From positions 186,001 to 250,000 of the forward strand of contig JAANOX010000238.1 in the NCBI GenBank assembly GCA_020184695.1: a DNA stretch of 64,000 nucleotides, given 5' to 3'. The translations under genes and the position numbers were made by a program. Below the pieces are notes generated by a model. The model was not told the origin of the DNA, ran no database searches, and saw only the letters and a program-made list of their open reading frames with translations. Below, piece after piece: positions 61,101 through 64,000 of the stretch (position 1 is its first letter; every line of letters starts with the position of its first letter). The stretch comes from Histomonas meleagridis 2922-C6/04-290x. Its lineage: Eukaryota; Protista; Parabasalia.

Positions 61101-64000
61101 ACATTTGTACCATTAAATAGGACTTGTGGTATATTTGTTACAATGAATCCTGGTTATGCAGGACGATCTGAATTACCTGATAATTTAAAGACTTTATTAA
61201 GACCTATATCTATGATGGTACCTGATTCTTCATTAATTGTAAAAATAGAATTAATGTCAGAAGGTATTGGAGCTAGTGAATCATTAGCTAGGAAAATTGT
61301 TACTTTATATGATTTAGCAAAAAGACAATTATCAAAACAAGATCATTATGATTTTGGTTTACGTGCAATTAAATCTGTTTTAATACAAGCAGGTAAAATT
61401 AAACGTGAATTTAGTGAACAATCAGATGAATTAATTTTATATCGTGCTTTATATGATATGAATATCGCTAAATTTATTGCTGAAGATAAACCTTTATTCC
61501 AATCAATAATGAATGATTTATTCCCTGGAATTACATTAGAGAAAAAGCCTCAAAGTACTTTAGAACAAGCTATTATCGAATCTATTGCTGAGAAATATTT
61601 ACAACCTGAACCTGGCTTAATAGAAAAAATTTTACAACTTTATGATACAATGCAAACTAGACATGGTAATATGCTTGTAGGGAAAACTGGAAGTGGTAAA
61701 ACTACAAATTGGAAAATATTATCTAAAGCTTTAAAGAAAATAGGAATTAATGTAATTAAATTTATATTAAATCCAAAAGCTTTATCATTGAATGAACTTT
61801 ATGGTTGTTATGATTTAAATACTAGACAATGGAGTGAAGGAGTTTTATCTACTTTAATTAAAGAAGCTTCAACTATGGAAAGTGATGATTTAAGATGGGT
61901 AATATTTGATGGACCTGTCGATACAATGTGGATCGAATCTATGAATTCTGTACTTGATGATAACAAAGTTTTAACATTAATTAATTCTTCTCGTATTTCT
62001 TTACCTCCACAAGTAGGTTTATTATTTGAAGTTGAAGATTTATCTGTAGCTTCTCCTGCTACTGTATCACGTTGTGGTATGATATATATGGATGAATCAA
62101 TTATTAGTTATAAATCATATATAGAATCTTGGATATTAAAAACTATTGATAATGAAAAACATCGAAATAAAATCACTACATTAATTCATAAATTCTTAAT
62201 TCCATTTATCGACTTTAAACATCAAGTTTTACATGATATAATATCAACTAATGATTTAAACCTTGTAATATCATTTTGTAATTTATATGAAATTTTGGCG
62301 ACACCTGAAAATGGTTTAGATCCTTCTGATGAATTACAATTTGATCCAATGATAGAAATATGGTTTTGGTTTTGTTTAGTTTGGTCCGTAGGTGGTTTAT
62401 TAGATGAAGAAAGTCGGAAAGAAGCAGATTTATGGGTACGAGAATTAGAATCACCATTTCCACCTAAAGATACAATTTATGATTATTATGTTGATATAAA
62501 TAAACATTGTTTATCTTCTTGGGAAGATAAATTATCATCGACTTGGAAACGACCACCAAATACACCATTTAATAAGATATTAGTACCTACAATTGATACA
62601 TTAAGGAATTCATTTATATTACAAACAGCAATTCAAGGAAAGAAGAATATATTATTTATAGGGAATTCAGGTACAGGTAAAACTTCATTTATTGAAAATA
62701 CATTTTTAAATAATTTGGATTCTAATACTTCATCAATGACAATAAATTTATCATCTAGAACTACCTCAAATAAATTACAACAAATCATAGAAAATGGTTT
62801 TGAAATTAGAACTAAAGGTACATTTTATCCAATCGGTGGTAAACATTTAGTAGTTTTTATTGATGATTTTAATATGCCACAAAGAGATTTATTTGGGTCT
62901 CAACCACCATTAGAATTATTACGTCAATGGATTGAAACTAATTCTTGGTATGATCGAGAGAAATGTACATTAAAGAAATTATTAGATATGCAAATAGTAG
63001 GTGCTATGTGTCCACCATCCGGAGGTAGACAACCAATTTCTAATCGATTAAAATCGAAGTTTATATTAATATCAGTACCTCAACCTAATGATTCACAATT
63101 AAAACGAATTTATACATTATTATTAGAGAATCATTTAAATAATTTTAGTGATGAAGTTAAATCAATAATTGAACCGATAACTAATGCTACTTTAGATTTA
63201 TATCAATCAATTTTAAAGAACTTTTTACCAACACCTAAGAAATGTCATTATATATTTAATTTACGTGATATGAATAAAGTTTATCAAGGTTTATTAGATT
63301 CAAATACTACATATTTCGATGATAGGAATTCATTTATTAAATTATGGTGTCATGAATGTTATCGAGTATTTTCAGATCGTTTAATTGATAATGAAGATCA
63401 TCAATTATTTGATCGATTAATACAAAATCAATTAAATATTACTTTGTCAACTACATTTACTGCATTATTTAAAGATTTAGGTGAGCCTACACCTCATGGA
63501 GCATTTGTACAAGAAGGTTTAGATTTCCCTTATAAAGAATATCCAGATATAGAAGAATTACGTAAATTCTTAAATGAACAATTAATCGATTATAATGAAA
63601 CAGGTAATCGAGTACCAATGAATTTAGTAATGTTTAAAGAAGCTATATATCATATATGTAGAATCATGAGAATTATAGGTCGACAATTTGGTCATGCTTT
63701 ATTAATAGGTTTAGGTGGTAGTGGTAGACAAAGTTTAACTCGATTAGCTACACATATTTTAGGATATGAATTTTATCAAATTCAAATGTCCAAAAATTAT
63801 AATGAAAAAGATTTCCATGAAGATATGAAGAAATTAATGGATATGACTGCTATTGAACAAAAGAAAGTTGTTTTTTATTTCCAAGACACACAAATTATAC
63901 AAGAATCATTTATGGAAGATATTAATTCTTTGTTATCAAGTGGACAAATACCAAATCTTTTTGAAGATGATGAAATTCAACAACGTTGTGAATCAATGAG
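55173..64000 (+). CDS. Axonemal dynein heavy chain (DNAH2 / inner-arm I1-beta-like), truncated by the window end
   Basis: ATG 55173; LYIPQE...LESVVIQWT tail motif; AAA P-loops GPAGTGKT, GKTGSGKT, GNSGTGKT, GLGGSGRQS; FPRFYFISNDDLLEI. Absent from the ORF track, consistent with no stop before the edge; I did not check every codon. Confidence 0.9.
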   Translation, partial: MEDPQSPESKRLNDDSTNRSEVTSNSEIDQNNFSSNLNSSRDEFQRAIAWFKSHITLTGFKGENMWTEIHDQAVYDFLTGSDKFRLFATIRGTHFYLTDIPPPPETREIVYFLKRNQEDINFEDLTNSIQWGQIHGRALNTLLNSLESFMMPLFVKSDYLHESIRSDLMPGMNKFLGYATEAANLFYGQTVLYIPQEDLSNIVQCSQNRALIQRLESVVIQWTSQLKTQVPFKYDSVGPLAEIEYWNFRYKNSQFLKQQIESAPARQVIEVLKYVKSRYLTDFQTHYLKMKEESTMAQSIIQHLQVLIEPCNQLINGEVSDCTIYLRKILFAIRFIWERCQYYQDENQLSALLKRVSDLVMHFITSKINLDNVFKLDGDVNNGLEILTIAVTVGSSWNKTYEIAMKAVQAKDPNAWKFDHTELFANFDAFISRCGDLKEICQNTIQFTRKKGTEIEPIPIFPGSLGNTISASLQEIQDSYISILKKLEEGNCNVFDVSDNSWHTKFNEYCESCTNLESTLLNTIQTQFEAIKTPILALQLLEIFDSLAIRDRVKHIVSVKCGELWKLFEQEVISVRREFENLKTNPPIPIYQPIRSGTLLWAKSLLYRIQKPFELIEASSSWLPPFTYKNEIIESSKGIMSSIQDFIKNTFNDFHKNLQESIKLSLNKPVLMKPTSKSLRCNLDTQFIISTEESTRFLFMDYEISKVALELTQLRERNHLLSESVLLVVRDYNAIYECLSNEEQQLFTDHFKLIEQKIRNALIPKTIWANPQVVQTFVNTTVKDLHNLHIIIVGFKKTEKDIINVCKNISHINFIQLQQTNKHIYTLKEFNEVQNKQRQIAFDFIQENYQLASNTLISMFKQFTVSSLQVKEYWLNYLINIDHQIKISFKHAIIKSLNDIKHSITDETTQLFIAETNLLNDKCIIEPSYELINETIINLVKEIILISNDFAPLYWKLKDNINYKKEEEDYLSDSSSEENEVIEAEVTHFHSFYEEIEKDEEIQQIINEINTIIQIIDQPFKDHVNKWSKYYNIWGINKSEELQKIIETSKTLNDFETKINYYKNESIEIQNIKSLNIISFIRLDSSPLQNTLLSHCSDWINSLIKLLNKVSHDQLIHLYDMFKDNTIHLSKIPTTIPELSELLKYLSNIKEEIPKIENEFQPLNENFEALIKYEYEIDPKDSELLNSLTNKWNEFKEMVNSSEKQIEQYRDQFKKQHLTEVEEIRNLQVEMYNNFILDEPFKSSLGVENARNIIHKYQLQVKSLREREANLRPGCELFKLDPPVYKEISTVETDLGLLEQIWNLEDEWNIMWENWKKESFKNIDVSSMESAAQAHYKSILSLGIKNWDVCDSLTKKIQLFKRTMPLISNLKEPAIRQRHWNILMNEIGIQFDPYSDNFTLNNIFEMKFNEYSDKIATIAMIAQKEFEVEQGLEVINNRWETLHFDIQPHRNSYKVVGSDEIFEIIEKDQTSLSNFKATLSSMKEASVFIVFDQQPIMKLEQNLTKVLELLDFLLTVQRKWIYLESIFNGSESIRKQIPNEASEFGKVNTKWREVMEFLRRENTTALKGAQEHDIFKKLQEMNEKLEEIQKVLESFLETKRRLFPRFYFISNDDLLEIIGKQKDPKCVLPHLKKMFSAINSLKFDTITIDGKSQIHATQMISSEGEIVEFKPTVPIQGDVEKWLLDIEKEMRHSIRIQLGKCKTDLLKSNLQQKMQILTQDQYPGQVFLTSSQIKWTADCERALDLAQKSNVRITAQSHPLTQLIANQILYLGELTSLVRGELNSLLRKKVKALLIIEDHAKDVIQSMIQYGIKHEGQVTKDDFIWLMQLRFYWLKEESKCQIQQTFSQFNYDEEYIGNNPRLVITPLTDRCYLTLTSALHFNCGGNPQGPAGTGKTETVKDLAKALGKFCIVYNCSEGLDFKSMGNIFNGLAQTGAWSCFDEFNRIEVEVLSVVAQEVSRLLDAIASNALEVCLEHTFVPLNRTCGIFVTMNPGYAGRSELPDNLKTLLRPISMMVPDSSLIVKIELMSEGIGASESLARKIVTLYDLAKRQLSKQDHYDFGLRAIKSVLIQAGKIKREFSEQSDELILYRALYDMNIAKFIAEDKPLFQSIMNDLFPGITLEKKPQSTLEQAIIESIAEKYLQPEPGLIEKILQLYDTMQTRHGNMLVGKTGSGKTTNWKILSKALKKIGINVIKFILNPKALSLNELYGCYDLNTRQWSEGVLSTLIKEASTMESDDLRWVIFDGPVDTMWIESMNSVLDDNKVLTLINSSRISLPPQVGLLFEVEDLSVASPATVSRCGMIYMDESIISYKSYIESWILKTIDNEKHRNKITTLIHKFLIPFIDFKHQVLHDIISTNDLNLVISFCNLYEILATPENGLDPSDELQFDPMIEIWFWFCLVWSVGGLLDEESRKEADLWVRELESPFPPKDTIYDYYVDINKHCLSSWEDKLSSTWKRPPNTPFNKILVPTIDTLRNSFILQTAIQGKKNILFIGNSGTGKTSFIENTFLNNLDSNTSSMTINLSSRTTSNKLQQIIENGFEIRTKGTFYPIGGKHLVVFIDDFNMPQRDLFGSQPPLELLRQWIETNSWYDREKCTLKKLLDMQIVGAMCPPSGGRQPISNRLKSKFILISVPQPNDSQLKRIYTLLLENHLNNFSDEVKSIIEPITNATLDLYQSILKNFLPTPKKCHYIFNLRDMNKVYQGLLDSNTTYFDDRNSFIKLWCHECYRVFSDRLIDNEDHQLFDRLIQNQLNITLSTTFTALFKDLGEPTPHGAFVQEGLDFPYKEYPDIEELRKFLNEQLIDYNETGNRVPMNLVMFKEAIYHICRIMRIIGRQFGHALLIGLGGSGRQSLTRLATHILGYEFYQIQMSKNYNEKDFHEDMKKLMDMTAIEQKKVVFYFQDTQIIQESFMEDINSLLSSGQIPNLFEDDEIQQRCESM

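Overview
AT-rich eukaryotic DNA, most likely a parabasalid (Tritrichomonas/Histomonas-like). This is inferred from DUF3447/ankyrin and BspA-like families, near-intronless housekeeping genes and the standard genetic code. Left part (1 to about 20.1 kb) is a cluster of mobile and viral DNA. It holds a decayed Maverick/Polinton-like endogenous dsDNA virus running off the left edge, with a probable major capsid, A32-type packaging ATPase, rve integrase, phage-like fibre, possible penton, three tandem adenovirus-pVI-like amphipathic peptides and two chromodomains. Directly abutting it is a roughly 2 kb Rep-less CRESS ssDNA-virus cassette (Arg-rich capsid, two other ORFs, hairpin-rich intergenic region). 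Then come a Tc1-like and a pogo-like transposase relic, an ankyrin gene, and an inverted, internally deleted copy of a related virus. Right part (22-64 kb) is ordinary gene space: PRMT, RRM, Ase1/MAP65, USP, RPT5, CDC123-like, eL31, DDX42-like, CYFIP/Sra1, Fused kinase, an axonemal dynein heavy chain running off the right edge, two tRNAs and a 47-nt minisatellite. The two most unusual signals are (i) the ssDNA-virus capsid cassette next to the dsDNA virus end, and (ii) ankyrin repeats at five loci that are interrupted at the same position by AT-rich, frame-breaking inserts with conserved ends but no consistent GT-AG. All family assignments come from motif recognition by eye; no searches were run. 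At least one frameshift looks like a homopolymer assembly error.
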